A DNA stretch of 63,272 nt, counting the filler, from Intoshia linei (taxonomy: Eukaryota; Animalia; Orthonectida), in assembly GCA_001642005.1 (NCBI GenBank). It is 7 parts of 7 records of this genome, joined end to end, with 100 filler letters (N's around TTAATTAATTAA, not from the genome) between each part and the next. Parts side by side here need not be neighbours in the genome. Positions count along the whole stretch, not along the records: positions 41,750 to 55,288 come from LWCA01001012.1; positions 55,389 to 56,550 come from LWCA01002756.1; positions 56,651 to 59,315 come from LWCA01002248.1; 4 more parts are not named here. One strand, written 5' to 3'. A program made the translations under genes and the position numbers. The notes below the pieces were generated by a model. That model saw nothing but the letters and a program-made list of their open reading frames with translations, was not told the DNA's origin and ran no database searches. Of the stretch, positions 42,328-57,820 are shown piece after piece (positions within the stretch are counted from its first letter, which is position 1; each line of letters starts with the position of its first letter).

Positions 42328-43203
42328 TATTCTACATAATTATATGGCCAACGAAAATAAAAAATAGATCCCTAATAATTTGTTTCGAAAACTATAAATT
42401 GTGTCATATTGCCCTAGCCACCTCTCTAAGACTCTTGACTTTACATTTTAAATTGAAAACACAAAATAGTTATGATATTCAAGAATATAATTTTTGAATG
42501 TTTACGTACTTAATTTGGAAAAATGAGTCCTTCATTTTATAAAAATTTCGTTTTGGCCCCGAAGATAGGTCTCAGCTACGGTAAGTTCGTTACTAACTCT
42601 AATGCATGCTTACTCAAAACTCAAAAAATTTTATAAGTCATACTATTTTAGTTTACTCATTATTAAATTCACTTTTTTTGTTAGTTTCGTTATTAAAATT
42701 AAAAATTATATATATCAGTGTTTCTCAACCTTTTTTTGCTGTGGACCATAGTTTATTTATCATCGAATTGTTTATTATCACAAAGTATATTATAGTCACA
42801 TTATATAACAGTTTAAATGCGATAATAAAAATTTTTTAATAGATATATTATAACAATATAATAACAATACAATTTAAATAATATATTGAAGCGCTATGAA
42901 GGCTACCAAAATCTTTCTGTCGATGACTGATGGTGACATGGACCACGTTGAGAATCTCTAAATATTTATGTATATTATACATTGTACAATTTAGATATTA
43001 TTGTGTAAAAATTTACATCTTGAAACGTCCGCCCTCCACAGCCTAGCTACTGTTTGTATAAGTACAACTCAGTCATGCCAGTTATTAATAATATTAATAA
43101 ATTGACTATAATCATAATTGGAATAAACAAATGAGTAAATTCGTTGTTTGCAAGTTGCACGACAACAAATTTAATATATACAAACTAGGTGGTAAAATAA
43201 AAG

Positions 43204-46200
43204 ATGTCCAATGTAATATCTTAGTTAAATGGATTTTTAAATACAACATCTTTTAGCCAAACAAGGAATTGTCCAAAGTGGGTTTGGATGACAAAACGTT
43301 TTCTGATTTGCAAAATGAATTTAAAAAAGTCATGGAACGATTTGTAGATGACAAAAACCTCGATAAATTTAGAGTTGAATATGAAAAATTGTACAATTCA
43401 TACGTTAAATCCTTTGAGAACCAAAAAAGACTAATGCACAAATGTCGAGAGTAATTATATATACCATTAACTTTAATCTTTGTTACTTTTTAAATCTGTA
43501 ATTCCAACTCCAAAAATTTCGAAAAGTTTTTAGGTGTTTACATGTGAAATGAATGGTTAATATTAGTTTAATGGAGTTGTATATATTTTGATTGCGATAA
43601 TTTTTGAATTTCAGACTAAATGCAGAGATTGTAGCAAATAATACTAAATTGGAAAGCATACAAAAGACTTGTGATGAAGATAAAGACAATATTAGCAAAA
43701 TTAAAAAAGTAATATCAAACAGTACCTTATTTGATTTTTAATAAGTTTAATAATCATAAATTAATTCAAAAGACACACTGCATACAATACTATACATCAG
43801 TGTTTCCTAACAATTGTCATCTCCTACTGGTAGACATGACGAAATGTTAGGTGGGACGTTGGAAATTTGGTGGGGTCTAATAAATATTACGAATTGATAG
43901 AATTATGAAAACTTTAAATGTCATATGTAATCGTGATAAAACAAAAATATTAACAATACTCTAAAAAAATAAGTGAAGGAAATAAAGACTATGAATAAAT
44001 TAATATTTACTTTTTACAAATTTATATAATTAAGGATGTCTTGTAGAATTAGAACTTTTAATTATGAATTAAACTCAATTCTTTTATTAGGAATTAGAAA
44101 AAAGTTGGAAAATTGTCGATGCAGCACAAGATAAAGAAACACGCGGAAGAGAAACAATTCAAAATCTTAAAATGGAAATTAACAATTTAACGAAATTGGT
44201 TGAACAAGGAACTGGACTATCCATGGGACATGAAAATAGGTAATTTGGAATTCATTAAATTTAATTTAAATCAATATCAAATCCTCTCAGTAGTACAGAA
44301 CCTACGTTATCGAGACCCTCTTCTGGCCTCCCAAATTTTTATAAAATTGTGACATCTATTTTCAAATTGACCATTAAAAAAGTATATTCTTGAATATCAT
44401 AGCTATTTTGAATTAAATTTAAATTTTCAAGTCAAAAGCCTTGGAATGTAGCTAAGGTGGATATGACACTATCATTTTCGATTTTTTTAGGGTTTTTTAT
44501 TTTGGGTGACCTTGAGCTTACTAGGTTCAAATCTGATCCTGAAATTGTAAGTTTTTGTCACTATCGTCTACAAATTATTGGAAAAAGATTACAAAATCTC
44601 AACTCCAATTTTAATTATTTTATTTTTAATAACTAAAGGTAATTTTTGCTAAAAAATAGGCGTAACATCCATATCATATGCGAATGTATGGTATGAACTG
44701 ATACGCTTAATCATTAATGCATGAATCATATAAAACAAAAATCAGTCCTATCTGCTCCTAACCATTAAAATTAACAAGATACACAGTAAATTGTAATTGT
44801 AAAATATGATAAAATTATAGGTAAAACAAGACATTAAAATGTATTAATAATATTTCAAAAAATAAAAGTTATTCCTCTTCATAACAAGTCATGCACTCAT
44901 GACATTCATCAATAACCACTCCATGATCACAACTTGCATTGTAGTGTTTTCTAAGTTCGTACAATTCCTTTTCAACATTTTTTGCGTGACCTTTGACAAT
45001 ATTGATTAAATTATCGTGGCTGAGAAGGTTAATATGATCATCTCCAAAAAATTCATGACAAGAAATTTGTTTACAGAATCGAATACAATTATGTATCAAA
45101 TTAGTCAATTGATATGTTTGTGCAATTGCTAATAATTTTAATGAAGGTGGAATGCTTAAAAGGTAATTTTCGCATTCAATTTTGAGTGATAGGATTTGAT
45201 ATTCCTCTACAAGCGGTAATAGAATGTACACATTTGATTCATCAATAGGATTTATAGGTGGATACATTGATTTTAATAAAATTATGATATCTTCATATTT
45301 CTTGTCGGATAATGTTACATTATTGGTTGTTCCTTCCATAAAATTGTCAGATAACATTTTGCGAAAGACTGGACTCCATAAACACAAAACTTCTTTATGG
45401 CAATAAATTTTTCGGTTTTCTACAGATATAATGGTGCTACTACTTTCAATTTTTGTAAAATCATATGGTTCGCAAATAATGTTGGACTTTGATTTGTTGT
45501 TTATTAGCTTTTTTGACGATTTAAGTTGACAAAATAGACACTTTTTACAATTGGTACACATATTACTTGCCATTGCTCCCGTATGCCACATCATGATTCA
45601 ATATTTGTATTTTAAAACCCGTTTTTTTGTATTTCAAAAATAAATTCAAAATCATATTTCAAATTTATTTATGTTGTGGTTAACAAATTAAAGTGTCTTG
45701 GGGATAATTTTATTCTAAAGTTTAGATTATAGAGTCTAAATTTTAGATTTGTTTTTTAAAATGTATAATGTAGTTTTTGTGTTAACTCTATAAGTTTAAT
45801 TGTGTAACATTATTATCTTATACTATTATCTTTTACTTATATAAAATTGAATAAAGTCTGTTGTGTGTATCTGTGTGTGTTACCGTTTATTTAAAAAATT
45901 TACAGTCATATAATTTGAAAAAACCGACTTTAATAAAGTTTTCCCCAAATCTTGTTTAAATCTATTTTATAGTTTCGGACTTATAGTCCTTCAGGGTCAA
46001 TAACCCAATTTTTTCCTTTTTTTAAAAAATAAATCAGCCCAAAAATTAATTAAAAATACATTCTGGAACGCGTTTAAAATGATTAATATTGTCGTAAATT
46101 TCAGCCTCAGAGCGCATACCTTCATGTTCAAAACCCCAAATTACACTTCACAGTTAATTATTTCAAATTTTTAGTTTTTATAAAAAAATTTCGCAATAAA

Positions 46201-49200
46201 ACAAATGAAGACTAAACTGTTTTTTTAATCGTGAAGTAGTGATTGTGCCGGGAAAAAAACCGGGACAAAATTCCCGGGATTTTCCGAAAATAATTGAAAC
46301 ATACCTGTTTTTGATTTATGTTGTTAGTACTATGAAAATCTGATTATATTATAATAATTAAAATTTACCATTTCAAAAATCCCACCACTAATAAAATTTA
46401 ATCAAAAATTACACCGATATTCTTTTCTAAAATCCGATTTTACGAAATCTTATGAAAAAAATCCACTTCATCAAACCACCAATAAAAAATCTAATTTTCC
46501 AGCCCTTAATAGAAAAATATCCTTTTTCCAATACTTTTTTTAAAAACTTCTTATTTCAACCACAAATTACTAAGCTTAAGGGAATTATCCTCTTTTTCCA
46601 ATATTATTTTGAAAAATATTATGATTTGTTACGAACTGGAACACTATCATCAATATTGTTAAAATTAAAGGAAGACCTTATGACCGTTCAACCTAGGTCA
46701 ATACAAAATGAAAGAAATTTCTCTACAGCTTCTAATTTCGTTACAAAACGTAGAACGCGTTTAAAAGACGAATTTATCAATATTATGTGTGTTTTGAAAC
46801 ACTTTTTCAACAATCTAAAATAAAAAAATTTTTTTCTAATTAAATTTGTTAATTTCAATCTAGATTCGTGTTATTTTATTAATTAAATTTCTTTTTGTTT
46901 CTAAAATTAATTAAGGTCTCTAAAATTTTTAATGCTTTTATATGATATATGAATAAAAATTTTTTATTTTTCCCGGGAAATCACAATCACTATTGTGAAG
47001 GCTTTACTTTATCAGTTGAAATTTTTAGAGCGAATTAACTGGATATTTATTTTTTTAAATTATAGGACTTTTTTATTTTTTAATAAAAAGAGAATCTATG
47101 GTTTTTATTGTGAAAATATACTTTTTTGAGGTTGCCATTTATAATAATTATGATAACATCCCCTGCTAAAAGCTGTATTAGAAATTGGGTTTATTTAAAT
47201 TCTATTTTTTAAATATACGACAACATTCATACTATTTTTCAAAGTACAACTTTATTATTATATTGTTAATAAGTAAATTCATCAATTATTATACATATAT
47301 GTATTGTATGAAATTTGCTTTTACTAAAAAGCTAGAATATAATTCTAATGTAGAGAAGTCTTTGTTTTAATACCATCATACACCATAATATTCTACTTAA
47401 AATTGCAATTATAATATGTGTAATTTCGTTTTCCTTGAATTTAATTATAAATTTTAGCGTTAACGAATTATTACGTGCTCGGGACGAATTAACTAAAGAA
47501 AGGGATGATTTATTAGGTCAAATTGTACAATTACGTAAAGATATTGTAAATAATCAAAATAAAATGTCCAAACAATCCAAAACTATAGATGATTCCTCTA
47601 ATAAAATTAAACAGGTATTACTAATACAGAGTTAAAAAAGCCAGATATTATTTTTTTATTAATTAGTGATACAATTTTAATAATATTTGAAAAATATTGG
47701 TTGATAATATATTAAAAATTATTTTTCATCGGGAATGCGTAGATTTCTCGGGTTGAAATTTTCTATTTATATTTATATTAACTGGAATAAGCTCTATCAA
47801 AATAATCTTTTTTTTTAATTTTCGGACATTTAATTATTTCACTTTTTTTGTTTCACAATTGGGCTTTTTGACCCGTAAGATGTGAGTTTGGGAGATTGAA
47901 ATTTATTTTTCTAACACCTCAAAAAAAACTGTAATTGAAATGTGGATTTTATAAAATTCTAAGAAGGGTAGTTATTTAAATAAAGTGGAACACACACACA
48001 CACACACTAACAAAAATCGCGTAGCATATTATATAAGTAATGAGGATATTATAATTATAAATGAATCTTACATTACCATCGATTTTAATGAAAAATGTAA
48101 TTTTGTCTGGCTTTTTTCTTTAAAGTAAAATTTTATGAGAAAGTACAAGATAAAAGTGTAGTTATCCCTACATAAATTTCATTATATTTTAGTTATCAAT
48201 TGAAATACAAACAAGAAATAATGAAATACAACGTGAAACAAGAAAAAAAGAAAAAATTGAACGTGAATTACGGCACGCTAGAGCTGAAATTGATAACCGA
48301 ATATTGGAAATTAAAAAATCTCAATCTACTATTGATAGATATAAAGGAAATATTGTACAAGCCGATCAATCATATAAAGAAGTTAAAGTATATACCATCA
48401 CATAAAAATATTATTGACTAAAAAGCTTATTTTAAAATTCTAGTACTTTGATTTTTGAAAAAAATTGTAATTTGAAATTTTTATTGTGAAACTGTACGTT
48501 TTTGAGGTTGTGATTTTAAAATCTATCCCAGAAATTATGTTTTATAAAATTCTAGCAATTTTTTTATTTTAAAAAAAATTAATTTTTGGGTTATATCATG
48601 ATTCATAAAGATGTAAGTTTCTGAGATTGAGATCTACGACAATGTTAAAACGCATCCCAGAATGTGTGTATTTTCAAATTCTAGGACCATTACTTAATAG
48701 ATTTTAAAATATCTATCAGGATGAATATTTTTATAAATTCTACAACTCATTTTTTATTAAAAAAAAAAAGTGAATTTGTATCTTTGACCCATAAGTACTC
48801 AATTTTTGAAAATGACATTTGGTATACAACATGACTCTCGAAAAACTGTCTTAAAAATTGGTTGTATTAAAGTTTAAACTTCTTACTTTCTTAAATAAAT
48901 AGGAACAAACATATATATATTTTTAGCTAACATTTTATACACTTTGTGTAAGTAAGGATTATGAATATTTTTCTCATTATTAACCAAATTTAATAAATTT
49001 TCCAATAGAACCAATTGGACAAAACAAGTAAAGAAAATGAAGTATTATCAACGAGAATTACCAAATTAAACCAAGATTTGGACGAACAGTTGACAAATTT
49101 TGATACACTACTGTCAGACAATCAAAACAAACAAAATGAAATAAGAGTACTATTAAAATATGAAAATTATTAATTAATTAAAATTAGCAAAGAGAAGATG

Positions 49201-51219
49201 AATTGAATGAAATGAAGGAAGAAACGTCAAAAATAAATAAAGTACGTGACGGTATATCCAAACGTTTAAAATCTACAGTATCTCAAAAAAATGAAGTTGA
49301 AAGAGATCGAGATTCTTTAAAAAATAAAATAAATGCGTTGGAAAAAGGTTACATTAAATTTACAGTATATAAAATATATAGAAACGGAAATGCACAAAAA
49401 AGCAGCAGAACAAGATAAAAAATCAATTGAAGAATTAGTCAGAGAGCGTGAACTGTTGAATAAAGTATATATTATTAAGAAAATTAAAATAAATTTATAT
49501 TAGAGTCTACTGAAAGCAAATTCAGGTACCGAGAAACAAGTCGATATGGTAAGATTGCATGAACAATCAAAAAAAACTCTGGAATCTGAAATACAAAATT
49601 ATAGAGATGAAGCTCAGAAACAACGTAAAATTATCTATCAATTGGAGAAAGAGAGGGACCGATATATTAACGAAGCTAGTGATTTAACTCAAAAAGTTTT
49701 GCAGCACATGGAAGATGTCAAGATTCGAGAAATGCAAATTTTTGACTACAAGAAAAAAATTGCTGAAGTAGATACAAAACTTAAACAACAACAAAATTTA
49801 TATGAAGCTGTAAGGAGCGATCGTAATCTATATAGCAAAAATTTAATTGAAGCTCAGGTATTTATAATAACTAATTTACAAATTTAATTGTTTAGGATGA
49901 AATAACGGAAATGAAACGAAAATTAAAAATTATGACACATCAAATTGATCAACTCAAGGAGGAAATATCAACAAAGGAAGTGGTTTTATCCAAGGAAGTA
50001 AAAAAACAAACCGAAATTGAAACCCAAAAAGACCATTTAAAATTGGATTTACAAAAAGTTAAATCGCAGGTTGTGGAAAGTGGTGCTTATATAGAAAGTT
50101 TAAAAACAGAACAGCGTAAACTGTCCAAAATAATATCTGAAGCGGACAATGAACAATTGAGACAAAAAAAAGAATTGGATCAGGTAATTGATAACATGTT
50201 ATCAATGTAAAAGTTATTCAAATAGATTATTGGTGAAAGAGACATTCTGGGGACTCAACTTGTCAGAAGAAATGACGAATTGGCTCTATTGTATGAAAAG
50301 TTAAAAATACAACAATCTACTTTAAATAAAGGAGAAAAACAATATAATGAACGCTTGGAAGATATTAGAATGTTAAAATTAGAAATTAGAAAATTACGCC
50401 GAGAAAAGGCAATTTTAGATAAAACTGTTTCAAATATTGATATTTTAAGGTACACTTTGCATTTTTACATCATTTGATTCAACCCTTTCAGACAAGAAAT
50501 ATACTATAAACAACGAGAACTTTTGAAAGAAAGAATACGATGCAAGGCACTAGAAGAAGAATTGGAAAATCCAATGAACATTCACAGATGGCGTAAACTT
50601 GAGGTATATTTTAATCAGCTCACATGATATTATGTTATTAAATTAATTTAACTTGGCAGGGTAGCGATCCAACAACCTACGAAATGATACAAAAAGTGAG
50701 CAGCTTACAAAAGAGACTTATATCTAAAACTGAAGAAGTTGTGGAAAAGGAATTACTGATTAAAGAAAGAGAAAAAGTGTACATGGAATTGAAACTGATG
50801 CTCTCGAGACAACCTGGCCCAGAAATTGTTGAACAAGTTAAACTTTATCAACATTCACTACGCCAAAAAACAAAACAATGTAAAGTAAGTCATATTAAAA
50901 CACTTCTGAGACATGTATAATTAATGATTAGGTTCTAATTTCCGAATTAAATATGATTGAATCACAATTTAATTGCATCAAAGTAGACAATGTTAGATTA
51001 GAAAAGGAGTATCAAGAAGTAAAAAAGAAATACTTTATTATTAAAAAAAAAGAGTATGAAAAGTAATCATTTCGTCCATGTATTTTTTATATTATATTGT
51101 TTAGAGAACGAAAATTTGTAAATGAAAACAAATCTATTCAACCCCAAAATCCAAATCAACCCAGGTATACTGGAGGTGGCTTTAATTTCAAACAACCAAC
51201 TGCTAAATTAAATTCATAA
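43204..51219 (+). CDS. CFAP58: Cilia- and flagella-associated protein 58 (CCDC147), multi-exon
   Basis: DKNLDKFRVEYEKL...KRLMHKCRELNAEIV, KLKQQQNLYEAVRSDRNLYSKNLIEAQ, ERDILGTQLVRRNDELALLYEK, ALEEELENPMNIHRWRKLEGSDP; C-terminal PRYTGGGF. Confidence 0.95.
44869..45594 (-). CDS. BTB/POZ domain protein, single coding exon, nested antisense in a CFAP58 intron
   Basis: VENRKIYCHKEVLCLWSPVFRKML..NFMEG...VTL.DKKYEDI..LL..MYP...NV..LLPLVEEYQI..LKIECE is a typical BTB fold; Cys-rich N- and C-termini. Confidence 0.85.
   Translation of the reverse strand: MMWHTGAMASNMCTNCKKCLFCQLKSSKKLINNKSKSNIICEPYDFTKIESSSTIISVENRKIYCHKEVLCLWSPVFRKMLSDNFMEGTTNNVTLSDKKYEDIIILLKSMYPPINPIDESNVYILLPLVEEYQILSLKIECENYLLSIPPSLKLLAIAQTYQLTNLIHNCIRFCKQISCHEFFGDDHINLLSHDNLINIVKGHAKNVEKELYELRKHYNASCDHGVVIDECHECMTCYEEE
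46237..46992 (+). mobile_element. Internally deleted hAT transposon nested in a Helitron copy
   Basis: TIR TAGTGATTGTG / CACAATCACTA; 8-bp TSD TCGTGAAG/TTGTGAAG; hAT C-terminal dimerisation remnant QPRSIQNERNFSTASNFVTKRRTRLKDE. Confidence 0.88.
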
Positions 51220-51816
51220 TTTCAAATAAATTTATTCACAAATAGTTTGGAGTAAGGTTTCTTGATAATTACATTTTAACTCGTCCTATAATTTATATAA
51301 AATGACCGGTAAGTGATAAGAAATTAATAGTGGCCACAGTTAACAGTGTAAATTAATACTTGCTTTGATAAAAAAATGTAGTTTATTAAAATTTTTCATT
51401 GAATTGAAACTAGGGTTTAGTTTCGGGTGTAAATTTTTTCTTCTAAGCCACCTTGTTATTAACATTAACTGGTTTGATTTTATAATTTGACGCGTATAAT
51501 ACTTTTTTCAAGATAAAGCGTTTTTTCTGTGAATATGTAAAATTGAAATTTTCAGAACTTCAAATTATGGGTTTAGGAAAATGATGAACGTTTTATAACT
51601 ATAATAGATTCTAGTAATAACACGAATTGCAAAAGTTAAACATAGGATAGAATATGTAATTTCACATTTAAATCAGATTTTTTTTTTTCTGTGACTTGAT
51701 GAAAATTATTGTAATAAGTCAATAGCAAGTATACATTATATTCATAAAAAAAGATTTATTCAATATTTTACAAAATTTAAAACAAATGTATAGAATCTAA
51801 TGTATAGATTATACAA

Positions 51817-53388
<1,572 letters not shown>

Positions 53389-53734
53389 TTAAAATAATTA
53401 CATTCAAAACCTATATTATATATATTTCAAAAAAAATTTAAAAAGTACTTTTAATGAAGTTTAGTTCATTGTGTATTGTTATATATATTATCGTAAATAG
53501 TTTTCAGATTAAATCTAATAATCATAAAACCTCATTTCGTTCAATCATTACAAAACTATTTAATTAACTATGGATGTAATGATTTAGATATAACCTAAAC
53601 TCAAATTTTTAAATGAAAAGATTACATTCGAATTTAGTGCTAGGCGCGCCGCTGAAACTGCAAAAAATCTATAATTGCAAAGAATCAGTATTCTCATAGG
53701 AGTGATAATACTGTTTCTGTTCTTGAGGTCGGCA

Positions 53735-54491
53735 ATTGAAAATAAATAAACTGAAGGGAGATATGAAAAGTATCGAAACAAATCTAAAAAATTTGAAGGG
53801 CTCGCTCAACCCCACTTAAATTGATATCGACAGCGCTGTTTCTGCATTTTAAAATATAAGTTCTTCCACTATTCAAAGTAGTGTTAAGAATGTAAAAGAT
53901 GCTTTTATGGACTAAGTCAATTACAGGAAAGCTATAAATGAAATCAATAAAGCTAAACGGTTAGGCGAGGATTATAGTGAAATTGAAAAGAGTATACCTC
54001 AGGATTCTATTTGTTCAAAAATTATGAAATACAGTGAGAACGTTATAAATACCATATATTCATGTATTCTAGGTGTGATATCTTTTATTGAAGGGAACAT
54101 TGTAGGAATGATATCCAATAGGTTGGATGTTATACATAATGTAATTGAAATTGGAAAGGACATTTACAGGGAAATTACATCCAATATAAAAGCTACTTCC
54201 AATTCTCCTAATTTTATCCAATTTATGGAAAGAATCAAGAGTAGCCGCCGGGCTTCGTTCAATGCCTTAATTGCTGATGTCAGCTGGATAATGGATAGAA
54301 TTGACTTGATAAAAAACTGGATCAGGATAGCAAATAGAGAAAAGATTGGCTTTACGCAGATCCCCATTTCAATTAAGAATTGTTCATTGGGCGTGTCATA
54401 TACACGTAAATTTAATTTAGAAAGAATAGAATGTAAGGGTAAAAAAGTAACAAACACATCAGTAACAAAAACAATCATACATGCAAAATGA
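53735..54491 (+). pseudogene. Decayed intronless ORF of unknown origin
   Basis: The frame of ORF 54024-54491 extends ~95 codons upstream through three TAA stops (KLKGDMKSIETNLKNLKGSLNPT*IDIDSAVSAF*NISS...DAFMD*VNYRKAINEINKAKRLGED). The region is less AT-rich than its flanks. Confidence 0.45.
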
Positions 54492-56240
54492 ACGAAGGCG
54501 TGTCAATCTCGTGTCATAATTTTATAACTTTTAATAGCAAGCAATGTCGAACCAAGTTATATTTTGCTTTGATTTAATTGGTTTTAGTTATTTTTATTTT
54601 TAATAATTAGTATTTATTGTTATGCGTACATTATTTCGAACTTAAAATATTTGCGCTGTGATGACTGAAATGTTTTCTACATTATCTATTTTTTAAATTT
54701 TGATTTAACTCCATTTTGAAGCTTTTATTTACATAGGCCATGTAGGTTAGGGTGTCACATTTTTTGGTAAATTTTAGAATTTGATGGGCAATTAGCACTA
54801 AAAGTGTGTATTTGTAAAATAGAAAAACTAATTAGCAATCAAAAATATTGAACGCTATCTATTCGAGTTGCGTTTGTCATTTTAAATATCACTATATGAA
54901 TATTATGAAAAAATTAAAAATGAACTTTATTTTAACGGAAATCGGCGTTTAACTTTTAAATGTGGTACCGCTTTTATAATACTGTTCTCCATGTTTAGTT
55001 ATACAGTTTATTTTTTTAAATTTGTTTCTAGCTCAATTGTTTTGAATTTTATTAACGATTTAATTTCTCGAATTCTGGTTATTTACAGTATAATAAATTC
55101 ATTCAAATACAAAACATTCACGATCTTGTTAGTCATGTTTGCAACAAATATGGTCAATACAGAAATTCCATAAAATACCAAAATTTATTAGATATTTTTT
55201 GTTAAAATAACTTTTAACTCATTTTTAAAAAGCCCAAATTAAATTAATCTTTCACAATATATTCGGGAAATTTTTTTTCATGATAATTNNNNNNNNNNNN
55301 NNNNNNNNNNNNNNNNNNNNNNNNNNNNNNNNTTAATTAATTAANNNNNNNNNNNNNNNNNNNNNNNNNNNNNNNNNNNNNNNNNNNNAAAATTAGCATT
55401 ATCATCGAATTTTTAGTGCTATAAAATGTCGACTCTAATTATCAATATCGTTATCATTGTACTGTAATTTTATAAATCTTTAATAGCCAGCAAAAAATAC
55501 AAATCTTTGAATCACGTATTGGAAGCCCATCAAGCAGATTTCGGTTAAATTATTTATCATGTTTTTAAATATATTAACGTAATGGATAGTTAATAAGTTA
55601 TTAATATAATAATTAATAATAACCTTTGTTAAAACTGATTATCATTTTATTTTACTGTTTAATCTAATCATTAAAAGTTTATAAATTTACATAGATTGAT
55701 GACGTAACTCAAATGTTAATTTTAGTTTTTGAATTCCTGAATTTATCAAAGTTAAGAAACGCTTGAAAAAATTAAATATTTGTTTAGTACAGTGATTCGC
55801 AACGTGGGGCTTAGAAAATTTGAGTGGCGCTTGTGAATATTTGGTTGGGCTTTAAAAAATTTAGAAAACAAAATAATTAGTAATAATAATAAAAAAATAA
55901 TCGATTAGTTATGAATGATTTTCTATTGTTACAAATTCATTGATAAGCTCAACTTTTATTAAAATTTATATATATTTTTTGGGGTATTTTTACATGCGTT
56001 TTTGATTACAATGATGATAAGTGATTATTGACCACATCACATTTAACTTTATATTTATAACTTATAACTACTATTGAAACACAGTGGTAAAACTTACCAA
56101 GTAAAATTACAGCAATGATAATTTTTGAACAAGATAAACTAAATTTTGGTAAATTCGCATATTTTTGATAGACTAAAAATGTTTACACCAAACTCAAAAA
56201 TCACAAATTAATTTGGTTTATCGTATGTTATATTTATTTA

Positions 56241-56550
56241 CACTGCGCGACAAAAATATAGCACATTCATATAACTTCATTAATATTCTTTAAAAAATAT
56301 GATTTTGTTAAAAAAATATATACATTATTATGCAACAGTGTATTGTTATACTTGTATTGTATATATATGTATATATATATATGTTATACTTATACTTGTA
56401 TTGGTCATATTTTTGGCAATAATTTTATAAAAAATTTAGATCATTGCATTAATAATCCAAAATATGCCTCGTGGAACCTTTCTTTCAGATTATGAGAAAG
56501 GTCAAATTGATGCTTTATTGGTTGAAGGAAAAGTGGTCACATATATTGCA
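56241..56550 (+). mobile_element. Tc3-like transposon, left end and transposase start (cut by gap)
   Basis: TA|CACTGCGCGACAAAAATATAGCACA terminus; ATG 56464 gives MPRGTFLSDYEKGQIDALLVEG, similar to the Tc3 transposase N-terminus. Confidence 0.8.
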
Positions 56551-56699
56551 NNNNNNNNNNNNNNNNNNNNNNNNNNNNNNNNNNNNNNNNNNNNTTAATT
56601 AATTAANNNNNNNNNNNNNNNNNNNNNNNNNNNNNNNNNNNNNNNNNNNNATAACATATTTGATTGGTCAAAGTAGGTAACATCTTTAAATGATTTTGT

Positions 56700-57360
56700 A
56701 AGTCTATTTGGTTCTATTACTTCAATTTCTAAGCTCACTTTAATAAATTTTTGTATTCTATTTTATCAGGATATTTTATGAACATTATGGCTTTTTTAAA
56801 TGCTCTAAACTGGCTAAATCTTTCAGAAAATTGATTTTTAAGTGAATTAATGCTATCTAAGAAAATGATATTTGCTCTTTCGTTTGTACTTAATAGTATT
56901 TCACTTGAGATTCTATCATGAATTTTTTTAATTTAGGGAAATATTTGTAATCTTTATTTTCTATATCACGATAGAATATTGATAGTTTACAATCAAATGC
57001 CTTAATAATACTAAACATTACATCAATAGTCTTTCCGTACTCTTTAACCTCAATTTTTTTTACGTACTTGTAATTTAAGATTAAGTTCATTTAAAGGCAA
57101 GAAAAAGTCAGTAAAAAACATAAGACTAACAATCCAATTGTTATTATCTAATTGAGAGTAAGAGTTATCTGTATATCGTAAAAATGTTTCAATTTCGGAT
57201 AAGCATTCCATGGAATTTTAACTCTACTGATCCATCTGATATTATTGTATATAAGCAGTCCATTAAAACTTGATTCAACCTTATTTAACAGCAAAGTGAA
57301 TTCTCTTTTGTGTAAGGCACGTGTGTTTGGGTGTAATTAATGATTTTCGTTACAGTGATA
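56700..57360 (-). mobile_element. Decayed hAT (Buster/SPIN, GTF2IRD2-like) transposase fragment
   Basis: Frameshifted segments RALHKREFTLLL, YNNIRWISR, WIVSLMFFTDF..LNELNLKLQ, IKAFDCKLSIF, FPKL and QFSERFSQF. Confidence 0.8.
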
Positions 57361-57384
57361 ACAACTATATTTAAGTGACTTATT

Positions 57385-57820
57385 ATATTAAAAAAATAAA
57401 TTCATGTTGAAAATCTAACTTAAAAATCGTACTATTCACTATTATCAATCCTATAAATGAGTGATTTCCAAATTTGTTTCAGGTGGAACCATCATATCAC
57501 ACTAACTTTTACTTTAAAGTGAATTATTCCATCTTAAATTTTTGTTTATTAACATTTGCGTAAAGAATTTTAAAAACAATTGTTTTTCCATTTTTTTAAT
57601 TTATTAGACAGAATGTGTGTATAATATTAAAAATAAAGTAAAAACAGTCCAATCCTAAAAATTGTCATAAATAGCATAAATTCCAAAAAAATAAAATTAG
57701 TCCAATACATAAAAATTTTCATTTCCAGCATAAATAAAATTAAAAATAAATATTTTGTCATTTTCAATGTGATGAATTATCACATCACTGATGATATATT
57801 TAGTACCAATTTAATAAATT
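57385..57820 (-). mobile_element. Helitron-family internal segment
   Basis: Reverse complement of 14170-14560. Confidence 0.7.

Noticed and set aside
53735-54023. In-frame TAA codons as evidence of stop-codon reassignment
   Set aside because: Conserved genes here (Tubby, HAGH, PSMC2, CFAP58) end at TAA at the expected positions, so pseudogenisation is the simpler explanation.
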